This document shows, piece after piece, positions 40,001-51,752 of a DNA stretch of 64,000 nt. The position numbers and the translations under genes were made by a program. Under the pieces are notes generated by a model. That model did no database searches. It was not told where the DNA came from and worked only from the letters and a program-made list of their open reading frames with translations. Numbering within the stretch: position 1 is the first letter of the stretch; each line of letters opens with the position of its first letter. Source of the DNA: Yuukianura sp. NJ FZ-2021 (Eukaryota); NCBI GenBank assembly GCA_046563655.1, contig CM102286.1, forward strand, positions 12,834,001 to 12,898,000, given 5' to 3'.

Positions 40001-43000
40001 AGTTGTGGCATTCTGCTTAAATGAACATGTCTGACCTGCTATGTCTGAACTTAAAAAACTGTGTTCTAAACTAAACAATTAGGAAATTCGGTTAAGAAAT
40101 TTCTTTGGATTTTAGAAGTGGAAGGAAGCGGAAAAAGGAAAATGACTGCAGGGAGTCAAACTTCAAACAAAAGTAAACAACAGTTTAGTGCAGTGCGGGA
40201 AAAAAGTTTGGCAGGTTTGAAGGACTTGGCGGGTTTTTTTTTTGACCAATGGAAGCTTTCCATGGTAAAAGTTGGACATTTGAAACCTGGATGACACTGA
40301 GGTTAGTCTACTAACGTTAACTTTTAGTTAGCTTTTCAAAAAAAATCCAAAAGTTAGGTTTAGAACTAAAGGATTTCCGTTTTTGTCTTGTGAAAATCTA
40401 GTCACCCATCCTCGTGTCTCCTAAATTGTAATCAATGGCACAACAAAATGGTTGGGAACAGAAAAAGAAAAGTTTTGTTTCAAAACTTTTTTGTATTTTT
40501 GTTGGAATTCTCTTTCTTTCGCTACTTGTGGCGTCCATAACACAAAATGAGCCACAATTGTCAAAGTTGAGACAAGCCTAAGACAGTCTCAGCCAAAAAA
40601 AAATTTTCTTCTATTCATTGATGAATGTCTCTGCAGGAGACAAATTAGAGTCCATTTGACAGAAGTTTGGTGAATTGGAAAAAGAGCAAAAAGTATGGAC
40701 TGGTTTTGGTCAGAAGCACACAAAATTTTTTGTGAAAGTTTAAAAAATTGAGGCTAGTGTAAGTAAGTTTAGCTTATTGCTCGATTTTTTTTATCCATAC
40801 TGGAACACTAGAAGTTTCCAAGAAAAAAAACTTAAGTACAAATAATTTTTTTATCAAAATTTTCGAAAATGTAAAATCTATGATTGTTTTTTTTTCCAAT
40901 TCCAGTAAGTGATTCACCCATAACTCAAAATAGACGAAAAGGTCTTTTGGAATCGACCAAAAGAGGACGTGATTCGAATAGTTTCTTTCAAAAAATCCAT
41001 CAAGAAGGGAGAAAACAAAAGGAGCAAATTGCTACAGACAGGAATGAAAGGATAAAAAAGCGGGATTTTTCAAATTTTGAGAAAATGCGGGAAATAAAAT
41101 GGGCGTGTTGAGGAGGGAGAAGGATGATTATATGCGGATAGTAATACTTGAATAAGAACACCTTCTTCCATAGTGCCTTCGATCCCATTTGTAAAGGGAG
41201 ACACTGGGAGAAGCTTCAGGAATAAAAATGAGAAGCCAATATGTTATACGACGACGACACTTCGAATCGAGCTCTCTCTCTTTTTCAACTTTCACTTTAC
41301 GCACGTATGTAACTTTCTCTTTTTAAAAAAGCCTATGTAACTTTTGTAGAAGCCTCTGCAACTTTCTCTTTCTTTTGGAAAGCCCTAGGAGCCATATTCC
41401 TTTTTGTCTTTGGGGAAAAGTAAATCATGGAGAGGATGTATTTCCCCCTTCAGATCCGTTGGATCATTCCACTTTGAAGAGTTGAATAGTTTTATTACTC
41501 TTGACGTTCACCTTAATGTAAGCAGTACTTGCATCGCAGTGTTCAAATTTTGAGCAGGAGTCGGAAAACAACCGCCCCCGCAGTTTTAACCTTGAGCTCC
41601 AAGCAAAACTTTGCTACTTGAACTTCAGCAGAAAGCTTCCAGCGTTTTTAATTTATAAAGTAACACACGCCAATTTCTTCCTTTGATCTCCGACGCTCCA
41701 TGTTAACTTAATTAGGCGCTTGAAAAAACTTAACCTTTGAAAATTTTGAGTACCAAGTTCACGGACTCTTCTTTTTACAAAGAAGTTTAAAAAGTTTTCA
41801 AGGTTTTCAAAAAGTTAATTTTTCAATCCTTGGAAGCTACTTTAAAAATCTAAAGAGAGAAGATTTTCACTGAATCAGACTTCGTTCGTTGACCACAGCA
41901 AGACAGCCAAGAACGATCCGAGTTTTTGAAAAAAAGGTTCAAGTTCAACACAAAACCGAAAAAAAGTGCAAATGCAGCTGAATTTTTATTTGCACCCAAA
42001 GAAAATCCGTCACTCGTACCCAGTTTTTTCTCGTTTTTTGTCTGTATCTTTTAGATTTGGTCGAACTTAAATGTTGGTTCAAGCATTTTAGTGGTGAAAA
42101 CACTTCCGAAGTGACATTTTACAAATCAACTTTTTTTTATTCCACAAGTACACGCGTGTACCTGCGAACAAAAAAGAGCTGAGTTCCTGAAAACAAAGAA
42201 ACTAAAACCTTGAACTATTGATTTTACAATTTGTCATTTTCACGCGAAAAGTGTCTGTCTTGATGGAAACATATCCACTGTGAGTGCACAAGGGACCGTG
42301 TTTGACCGCTTCACGTTTCAAATCATTTTTTGTTTCCGCCGCCAGCAGTCTGCTGCATTTGGCACTTTCATGGTCTCTGAAACTCGGTTTTGTTTCTCTG
42401 TCCAAACGGAACCAGACTTCCATAATTCTGAATGTTGGAGATTAGAATTGAGTCGTTTTGAGAGTAAAGTGACAGGTTTATTTTCAGTTTCAATTAATTC
42501 TGAACATGGAAGTTGAGTGGCGGGAGAGAATATAACATTTGAAACTTCCAAAAACGAACTCTTTATGCTTTAATCTAGCGTAGGTTATTGTAGAGCTCCA
42601 GCCAGGGAAATGCAAACACTTTAAATTAATTCTTAATTTATTAGCAAGGCAAATGGGGGTAGGAAACGAAGTGTTGTCCATCAGCGTCGCACCACCGTGG
42701 ACACAGTGGTGGGTGTCAGAATCAATTCGAGCCTCGCTAGATTTATGATGCTTTGGCACACAAGCATTATTACACAACCGCCATGCCACCATGAAGCTCT
42801 GCGCGTTTTCTTTTTGGAGAAAGCACAGAGGTGTTTGTGCGTATTTTACGGAAAATTTACGTAAAAGTCCGTCGGTTATGAAACATAGGATTTATTTATA
42901 AAAGTTGGCACTACAAATTTAAGAGATTTTTGTTCAGATTTTGAAAATACAAAAGTGCGCATGAGTACAGTACAACACCGGATTCAATATTATACCAACG

Positions 43001-43284
43001 GAGCAGAACTGTTTAATTCGCCTTATCAAAGGTCATTTTTATCCCATTTCGCGGCACAAGTAAATTAAAAATTTCCTAAATTTAAAGCCGCAATATATTT
43101 GACCTTGACGCTCGACATGTAGCAACAAAGCACACCATTGTACGTGTACAATTGAGTCATTAGGCATAAACAATATGCTATAAAAACGTTTATAGCATTA
43201 TTCAAATTTGTTCTATAAGTACACAAACAAATTTCAGCATTGTTTGGATTTTTCAAAATTTAGATTTCTCAAAAACTGTTTAAA

Positions 43285-43716
43285 ATGGGCTTTAACATGG
43301 CTGCAATTGTAGTCGGCCTCTTACTTGTCGGCGTCTGTATTGAATTGACGAAAGGTTGTTGTTCATCTGGATTTGAAACAATTTTGGAAGTAATAAAAAT
43401 TCCTGAAATCACATAATTGAAATTTAGTTTTTGGTTTCTAGGACAAGCAGGAGATGGTCCAACTTGCTACGAAATTCAAAACCAAATGGACATCACGCCT
43501 GGTGCCAATGACATCATGGGCAGAAAAAATTACACAGCCCGCGCTTGTTGTCATCTCTGTGACGCCCGAGCAGAGTGCCTAGCGTATGTGTACGACATCC
43601 CTTCGGGGGATTGCTGGCTCAAGTCAGTGACAGGTCCACGAAACGAAAACAAGAATAGCATTGCTGGACAATCCGCTCGTGGTTACGTCATCAGCGGATC
43701 CTGCAAAAAGGCTTAA
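43285..43716 (+). CDS. Small secreted protein (114 aa) with one PAN/apple (PAN_4-like) domain; exons 43285-43354 and 43442-43716
   Basis: AAAATG start. Signal peptide MGFNMAAIVVGLLLVGVCIELTKG. 87-nt GT-AG phase-1 intron. Domain pattern C...DI...CC..C.....C.AY.Y.....CWLK...S.G. AATAAA at 43804-43809. Confidence 0.85.
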
Positions 43717-46441
43717 AATGATGACAATTAGCAATATATTTTTCAGAACCGTCGTTTCTGGTCGGTTAATCTTCACCTGTGCATTAAAATACATAAAAAG
43801 TAAAATAAAACAATCACCATCGAAGGCATCGACTCTGAAAAAAATGTGCAAGAATGACATAAATTGCAACTCTTCAAAATTTTGACAAATCAGCATTTTC
43901 TGGTTAGGTTTAGTTAGCGTTCCGTTTTCGTCTGTGCTAAATTTTAGTAAAGGCTGGAATGTGTTCAATTTTAAACGCCTCTTTACTGCTGCTCGTAAGG
44001 TTTTGGATACTAAAAGTTAAAAGAGTCTGGAATAGCTAGTGAGCGTTGAAGCATAAAATTGGGGCTTTAAATTTAAAATAATTTTAGTTTAAGGACGCTT
44101 TTGGAGAAGCTTACAGAAGGAAAACTTTTAGAGGAAGCTTTTGGTTTACTGAGCAGACACTTAAGTAATCCCAAGTTTTCATCTGTGTAATGGTCCAGCT
44201 AAAATTACCACATTCACAAATGATGGAAGTGAAAGCTCCACATTCAAGTTCAATTTAAAACAAACACTGTCCCCGCTTTCCCGCCTGCTTCAATTGTTTA
44301 CTCACGCTTTTTAATTAGCAGTTTTAAACTTCTCTATTTAAAAAAATTTGCAAAACCAAAAGCTTGGTCCAATTTTTGTTTAATTTTTTGTCTTTTTCTA
44401 TCTCTGGCCGTTTTCATTTTTACTCAACTTCATTTGAGGTCAGTTTTGCTCGCGATGAGAATGCCAAGCAGCCTAACTAACCAAACTTTGTGTAAATTCT
44501 TTGCCCAAGCTAAGTTTAGCCTTAACTTGACCGAACCAAAGATTTTTATGAATTCCCAAACTCTTGCGGAATTCAAGAATTGAATGCTTCTTGAAGCAGA
44601 GTGAAAGTGCCCGGGGAAAATAAAAGTGAAAAAAGAAAGGGACTTGAAAGGGCTCCTGATCACTTCTAACCTTCAATTCCTTCAAGTTTGGAAGGAAAGT
44701 TCAAAGGGCCCCTTCAAAAGAAAGTCAAAACTTTCTCTTTGACTCATCCCCTTTCATTTCCTTTCTATCCGAAGGAATCAATCAACTGGAAGCCTTGACA
44801 CTTCCTCCTATTCTATCATCATCATCACCCATCGTCATCACGTCTCATTTGTTCTTCCCCTTGTCACAGATTTCACTTCTGGAATCAACGATTGTAGCAG
44901 AAATAAGATCAAGGAATTCAAAATTTCACTCCAGGCCTTCATTTGCCGCCATCGAATCTGAACAGTAATTTTGAAATTATGAACTCCGGATGGACATGAT
45001 GATCAATTTAAAAAATCAGAGGCCTTGAGGACTTTCTCCAGAATTATGGAAAGGCCAATTTCAAATTAAGCGTCAAAATCATTTGGTGAGCTGAACTTGT
45101 ACTGAAAAACTTGACTTTTTCAAGTTGCTTCTGGCATTTGGCAGACTGGCAGCATGTGGTTGTACGAAAAAAAAAGTTCCGTCCGTTTTTAGTAATCCTC
45201 AATCCATCACGCGGCCCTTTCCAAAAATTTGTAGCAAAGCAAATGGAAGTAAGTCAGTTGGAGTCCATGTCGATTTGAAACTTCCTGTGCTTGTTGTAAT
45301 GTGGAACCCTCCTTCACCCTAGTTTCGAACAGAATAAAATGAAATTACTTGAAAATGAAATGAGAAAGTGGAAACGAGTTTTCAAAAATCCTTTTTCCAC
45401 TCTACTTTTAGCTTCTCATGTTCAACTAAGCAGCTTCTAGAAGGAAGGGAAAGCTGGCTGACAAGCCACATCGTCAGTGTCAACGTCAGAAAGTCCTGGA
45501 ATTGAAAATTTTGTTTTATATTGAACTAAACTCTCAACAATTTTTCATTTGAGAATTGCATTAATCTTGGATCGTAAAGATGGATATCATTTCGATTCTA
45601 TTAGCTTTCCTCTTTCATCAGTAGACTACAAATGAGAAACGAAACGATTTGAACATTGGCGCTCAAAGTAATACGCAGCCGAGTCAGTTTTTTGTGGAAG
45701 GAAACAAATACATTATGATTATCCCAGAAATTCAATAAAAGTTTTTATAAATCCCAGTCAGTGGAGTCAGCTTGTGAATTTTGAAAATCGGCGCCAAATC
45801 CTCATCCATGAAAAAAAAATTTTTTTTTACTCAAACTGGACTGCTGTTGCTACTAGGCTGGAAACAATTTGAGATCAGAAGAGCACTATATTTTGGGTTC
45901 CTGTGACAAATGTGATACAAAAGAGAGAGTCCGAAATACCCGGTTTTTGTTCTTTTGGACGACAGCCTGAAAATGATAAATTTTAATTAAGTTTGTCAGG
46001 GAGAAAGTAGAGGATGAACGACTGTTGCACAGGAACGGTAAAAAGTTCATGGAAATTATTTTTGGGACAGTGGGAGATCTTATGGGATTTTGAAATGACG
46101 CGCGGGTGATATTATTTGGGTTGTGGTTTTACATCAGACGAAAAGTACAAGCCAGAAAATACTACACTTGGGAATGCGTGGGAAATGTAAAACTTCCAGC
46201 CTGAAGTGTTTTTGGTGCGAATTTTGAATTTTTGGGAAAGTTTATGCAGCTTAGAACCAAGATGGGAAAAATCCAAAGCAAAAACTTTACAAGTTTATTT
46301 ACATTTTCGTTTAATTTGTTCAACTTAATTAAATTCATTGAATTTTTTGTATGTAATCAGCAATCTGTTTCCTGCTGAAGTTGCGTATAACCTTCACCTG
46401 AATCAATGTTGATGTGTTCCTGAGGTGTTGATTTTTTTAGT

Positions 46442-48124
46442 TTATGCTTCATTCATTCCTTCTTCATTGTTGCTGCTGCTCTCGTCGTCGTCGTCTTGCT
46501 GTTGATGAACGCGTGCGCTGTGACGATCCAGATTTTCCTTCCGAGTGAAACCTTGTCCACATTCAGTACAGACGAATGGCTTCGGAGGTCCTTCACCTTT
46601 ACAACACAAAAGAATTAGCAATTATTTTCATGATTTTTAATAAAATTTCGTAACTACAACTAAATTTTAGTGTTTTCCATACCGGGATACTGATTGTGGA
46701 GTTCATTGTGCTTGGTCAACGCGTCCGGACTGTTCAAAATTTTGCCGCACTTGGGATGCTGGCAGAACAGAAACCTTGGTGGTTCGCCATCTTGCGACGG
46801 ATGAGCAGTAAGAAGATGATTTACAAGAGCCCGCTTACCACTGAACTTTTCTCCACACTGGTTGCAGATCACCTCCACTTTTGATTCTGGTCAGGTTAAG
46901 TTAAAATCGATTTGTCAAAGGTCAAAGTTCAAAGTTCAAAAACTAATGTGAGAAGTGTAGGCTGACCGTCATGAGTGCGCATGTGGCGTTTGACGTATCC
47001 GGCCGTCAGGAATGCTTTGTCGCAAACAGTACACTTGTAGGTAGCCGCAGAAGAGCTGTGGAGTTGCATGTGAGTTCGTAGAATGTCTTTGGAAACGAAG
47101 GTCATGTCGCACTCTGTACAAGCAAATGGACGTTCTCCTAAAAATTTCGAAAACAAAAATTATTTTTAGAATTTAAATTTTTTCAATATTGGTTTTTTTT
47201 CTGAGTTTCTGACCAGTGTGTAGGCGCTTGTGCGTGTTGAGACGAGCCTTGCGACGAAACTTCTTGTTGCAAACGTCACAAACAAAGGAAGGAGCTTCGT
47301 GTACCTGCTTTAAGTGCGCCGTAAGATGACATTTGACGCTGAACTGTTTAGGACAGTGTTCACATTTGAATTCCTTTGAACTTCCGTCACAGTTTTTGTG
47401 GTAGGCTATGTTTTGCTTAGTGCTGAACGCCTTTCCGCAGATGCACTGGTAAACCTTTCCATCTAAAACAAAAGTTTTCAAATTTTTAATCAAAATACTT
47501 CTAAAAATATTGGAGGGAAAATTGAAACTAAAACTTACAAGTACCAACAGAACACTTGATATGAGCTGGCAGATCAGCGTCATCCACAATTGACTCCTCA
47601 CGCTCAGAACTTTGACTTTGATCCGAAGCATGCTGTGACGAGTTGCTAGCTGCGTCTGCGTCGTGGTTCATCGCAGCGACCCCCATGCGTACAGAACTGC
47701 TGCTACTGGCTGCACTTCCGTTTCCATTTCCTGAATCCGACTCCGAAAAATCGCCTGCCCGTGACGAAACTGCGTCAGAGGTCAATGACCGAGGAGCCGC
47801 ATTTCTGTCTCTGGAGGCATTCCCAGTTGATTGGGTTGACATGACGTCGTTTGTGGTCTCACCATCGTCACCGTCTTCCGACGCTTCGTCTTCTTCCATT
47901 CTGTCATCTGACACGTCGCTTCCCCACATGTCGTCATCGGAATCGTCAGAGTCAAAGGGGGCATGAAGACTTGCAGTGTCATTATTAATGCTGAAATCCG
48001 AAGTCGAAAGGGTACGTCCGTTTTGCTGTAGCGAGCCGTTTGACTGTGGCGAGCCGTTTGACTGTGGCGAGCCGTTTGGAGAGCCGGGTGGCGATGTTGA
48101 TGGCGACGAAGGTCCGTTGCCCAT
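46442..48124 (-). CDS. C2H2 zinc-finger protein (~454 aa): acidic, Ser-rich N-terminus plus 8 fingers; coding exons 48124-47539, 47462-47214, 47137-46967, 46886-46683, 46596-46442
   Basis: All introns are GT-AG, phase 1, and give one continuous frame. Fingers: CEHC..HLKQVH, CDVC..HKRLH with TGERPF linker, CTEC..HMQLH, CTVC..HMRTH, CNQC..HLLTAH, CQHPKC..HNELH, CTEC..HSARVH, plus an atypical first finger CIC..H..C. Probable 5'UTR intron 48136-48204. Minus-strand AATAAA at 46294-46299. Confidence 0.9.
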
Positions 48125-48360
48125 GATTTGGATTCCTACATCAGAAGTAAAATGTGTTAACAATGAAATAGATTGAAGATGATGCTATAGTTAAAATTTG
48201 CTACCTTGAACAGCTTTGTGTTGAAATCCAAGTAGATAAACGGACAGAAAATTCGAGCTGCAAGATTTGCGTCTTGTGAAGTTTTGCGAAAGACGCGAGT
48301 GCGAAGAAATTCTTTCCAGAATTTCAAATGTCCGAACTCATTTTCACTCAAAGTTCAAAA

Positions 48361-48396
48361 ACAAACAATTCCATTTGACCCGGGTGTCATAGCAAC
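48361..48396. promoter_or_regulatory. Candidate RFX X-box (GTTGCTATGACACC on minus strand, 48383-48396) plus forkhead site (ACAAACA, 48361-48367) upstream of the zinc-finger gene
   Basis: One strong X-box half-site (GTTGCTA) and a degenerate second half. An RYMAAYA forkhead match lies 15 bp away. The pair sits just upstream of the probable first exon. Confidence 0.5.
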
Positions 48397-48825
48397 AGAA
48401 AATAAATATTACAAAATGACATTAAAATCCGAATTTTTTATTAAAATACGATGGAATATTTTTTTTTGTATTTCAAAACCTAAAGTCAATGATGTCGCCT
48501 GGTTGTGCCTACTTTTCGTATAGTAGTTTCAGAAAGAATTCGCCAAATTCTCTGCCATCTAACACGACACTGCTTTCACCCAAATTCTAAGCAGCCAAAG
48601 CAGCACAAGATGGCGTGGCGAAAGTAAAAGTGAAAGTCGAGCATCATCCACCCACACTAAAGCAAATTTTTAGAAAATATGTTTAAAAATTCATACCACA
48701 TATTTCTAGTCGGTTGATTTATTTGGTTTATGTTGGAATATTTTTCATTGAAATAATTGTTTTCTTGTGCCTATTTTGTAGACATTTTGTGGTTTTGAAC
48801 TTCTTCTTTTCGTTTTCATTTGTTT

Positions 48826-51515
48826 TTAAACAGGACAATAGCTCTGTCGAACCGCCTTTCCAACCAATGGTGCACGATATGGATTGCTTTTGGCCAAAGT
48901 CGCTTCCTGAACAGTTTTTTGAAGACGATGATTGAACAATTTCTCTTCAATTGCTCCCATTTGATCCTGGCGCTTCTGCTCCTCAGTTTCTCGGTCCTAC
49001 AAAATTGCATTTTTTGTTCAGTTTTTTTTACTATCCAAAGGTCAAGTAACAAAAGCCCCTCCAGTCCAAATGTCAAATTTTTCTTTTTGGCCTTAACAGA
49101 ATTTGTAAAGTAGAAACTAACCTTGAGCAAAACGTTGTAACACACTTGACAGTCCAAATCTGATTTGTATTGCTCCTTTCGCTGAGCATGGCGTGCTTTC
49201 TCCTCAGCTTCTTCACGCAGATACGTCTTCCAGTCTGACTTGAGTAGCTCCAGCTCCTTTTGATGCTCTTGTTCTTCAAAGGCTCGTTTCCGTTCCAAGT
49301 CTTCAATTTGCAACTTCCGCCCTGCCAGGACATTCTGAGGCCAGTTCACAATAAAACAAACAAAAGAACTTCAACTCAACTCGATAAAAGACATCACAGA
49401 AAACCCTTTGTCTTGGAACAATTTTCAAAAATATCAAGTTCAAGAGGAATACATAAACTCGTTTGGATTCAAAAGAAAAGAAGATTTGACGGTAAAATCC
49501 ATACAGCCAAACTTCCTCAAATTTGGTTTTGGTTAAGTTAACAATTTCAGATTAGGTTTAGACTATTTTTCAAACCTGAAACAGTTGACGACGCTGGTCA
49601 TGTTCTCGCTTTCGGCTGGCCATGACAATTTCATGTTGCTCTTCAATAACTCCGTCGATAATCCGCTGAAGAGCTTCCTCTCGGGCATTTTCCAAACAAT
49701 TCCACTTCTGCAAATAGTCTTTGTAAATGGTGATGGCTCTCATCAAGTCTCTCTTAAAAGAAGAAAAAGAAACAATATCAGTGAAAGTTGACCTTTGACC
49801 TCTGTGTAAGCGTGTGACCTAACCTTTCGTTTGTTTCTATCCTCCTGCTCAATATACAACTCTCGTACGGCCTTCTTTAGAAATTCTTGAGCAACAATTT
49901 CCTCACGTTTGAGTTTTCGATCTCTGTAATAATTACGAGTCTCCAACATTTCCTTGACGTGCTCCTTGTTTCTTATGAATCGAGCCGCTTTCTCTGCTCG
50001 TCCTGTTCAGAACACAACGATTTTCAATAGAAATTGAACAAAAAGATTTTTCACATTTGGCAAAATTTGTGTTTTTTTACGCTTTTCTCTCTCAGCAATC
50101 ATAGCCGCCAGATCAGCTTCAATCATTTCAGTCTCACGCTCTGCAATTTTTGCCAAGTTGGCTTTCTGCAATTTCTTAAACTCCATTTGCTTGTTCATCT
50201 CTTCAATGGCCGTTTTGTTAAACTCATCTCGACGGTCTTGATAAGCTTGTTCTCGTTTGTCCTGTCAAGAGAAGAAAGAATTAGAGCGAGAGAAAGCACT
50301 TTCTCTCAAAATTTTGAAAATTAAGTGCGGGAAGTTTCAAAACCTTCATTTCCATGTCCAGTATGTTGAGACAAGCCCACATTCGCTCTTCTTCTTGAGC
50401 TTCGCATTCCAGTCGTCGTTTTTCCCACAATTGTTCTTTCCAATCTTCAGCAATTTCACGACTCAATCGTTTCTTCAAAAGTGTTCGCATTTCGTCACAT
50501 TGTGACCTAAAATTTCAAAAAGGCTTGGATTAGGTTTGTTTTCGCTACGCTGTGGTAGAAATTAGGTTAAATTCAATATAATCGATTTTTTCCTTTGACA
50601 AAACTTTAGGGAAAAAAGTTGAACAAATGGAGTGAAAAATTGACAAATTGAATTTGCAAATTACAAAACAGAAACTGGGGAAAAACCGAGAAGAGTCCTA
50701 AATTTATTTGTAGAGTTCACCTGGGATTTGATTAGTAAAATTTTCTTACAAACTTTTACAACGTCTATTTTGTCTTTTTCTAGAAATCCTACTTTACCTA
50801 AAGTCTAATGTGTATCTGATTACTTTTGAAACAAAGTTTTCCAAAAGTTTTTCTTGTTTGAAGAAAAGAAAAGAAAAACTTACTGAAAAACCAAGTCCAA
50901 TTTTTCTTCCACAAATTTCTTATTTTTCTCTTCTTTCTCCTTCCGAAGTTTTTGTACTTTCTCTCTCATCTCATCAATCCTTGAAGATCCTTTTGTTTCA
51001 AACTTGTCAATGATCTCGAGACGATAACAATCATTTTCATTCTCAAGTATTGTTTTCAACCTACAGCAAGAAAAAGGAAATTGATGTAACAAGTTTTTGA
51101 AATTTTTCAATTTCAAAATTTTATTTCCACTAGAACTGAAATGATTACTTGTCACGTCGATCTTCCAAATCAATTTGCGCGTTTGCAAATGCCACTTTCA
51201 TTTTGAATTTGGCATTGTCATGAATCTTCCTTTCATGTGAAGAATTTTCCATGCCGACTCGGATTTTCATAAGCCGATCTTCTTCCAGCATATCCAAAAG
51301 CGGCTTTTTCGCCAATTTCAAATCTGCAGGTCTCGGCTGCGTTTTGTGTCTTGGACATGGAATGCATTTATTCTGGAAGTGAAAGAATTGATGTAAGCTG
51401 ATTAAAACGAAAAGTTAATTAATTAAAACAATGTTTCTGAAATGCTTACCGCTTCATGTGGTAGTGAAGGATGTTGGTAGCACGAGGTCATGTCTCCGCC
51501 ACAGATGTAACTCAT
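48826..51515 (-). CDS. CFAP53: Cilia- and flagella-associated protein 53-like (CCDC11; coiled-coil, trichohyalin-plectin-homology type), ~516 aa; exons 51515-51450, 51372-51149, 51060-50884, 50506-50344, 50261-50081, 50002-49824, 49752-49576, 49334-49122, 48996-48826
   Basis: Nine GT-AG-bounded exons join in frame (1551 nt). LEDRRDKLKTILENE...RIDEMREKVQKLRKEKEEKNKKFVEEKLDLVFQSQCDEMR, EEERMWA and NVLAGRKLQI match recalled CFAP53 motifs. Minus-strand AATAAA at 48718-48723. Confidence 0.85.
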
Positions 51516-51722
51516 TGTGAATGGAGTCACTATACGACTTAAGCGTAAAAAATTTCTCAATTTGTGGTCAACTAAATCGATGGCTGGTTACACACAAAAG
51601 TGAGCAACAGCAAGTTCGTTCGTGAAGTCAAATCCGTTCAGTGATGCAAAAGAAACATAAAAAAATTCAAACAAGCAAAAGCGAGGAAAGCAAAAAAAAA
51701 AAACAGTTCAAACAAGCCAACT

Positions 51723-51752
51723 TGTTTGTTCCATTCTTGTTGCCTTGGAGAC
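51723..51752. promoter_or_regulatory. RFX X-box (GTTGCCTTGGAGAC, 51739-51752) with adjacent forkhead site (TGTTTGT, 51723-51729) in the CFAP53 promoter
   Basis: Near-palindromic X-box ~225 bp upstream of the ATG of a ciliary gene. The FoxJ1/Fd3F-type site lies 9 bp away, and extra TTCAAACAAG copies are nearby. Confidence 0.7.

Noticed and set aside
47643..48176. Plus-strand ORFs of 107 and 66 aa, including an EPFDCG repeat
   Set aside because: Antisense shadows of the zinc-finger N-terminal exon and its 18-bp SNGSPQ repeat.
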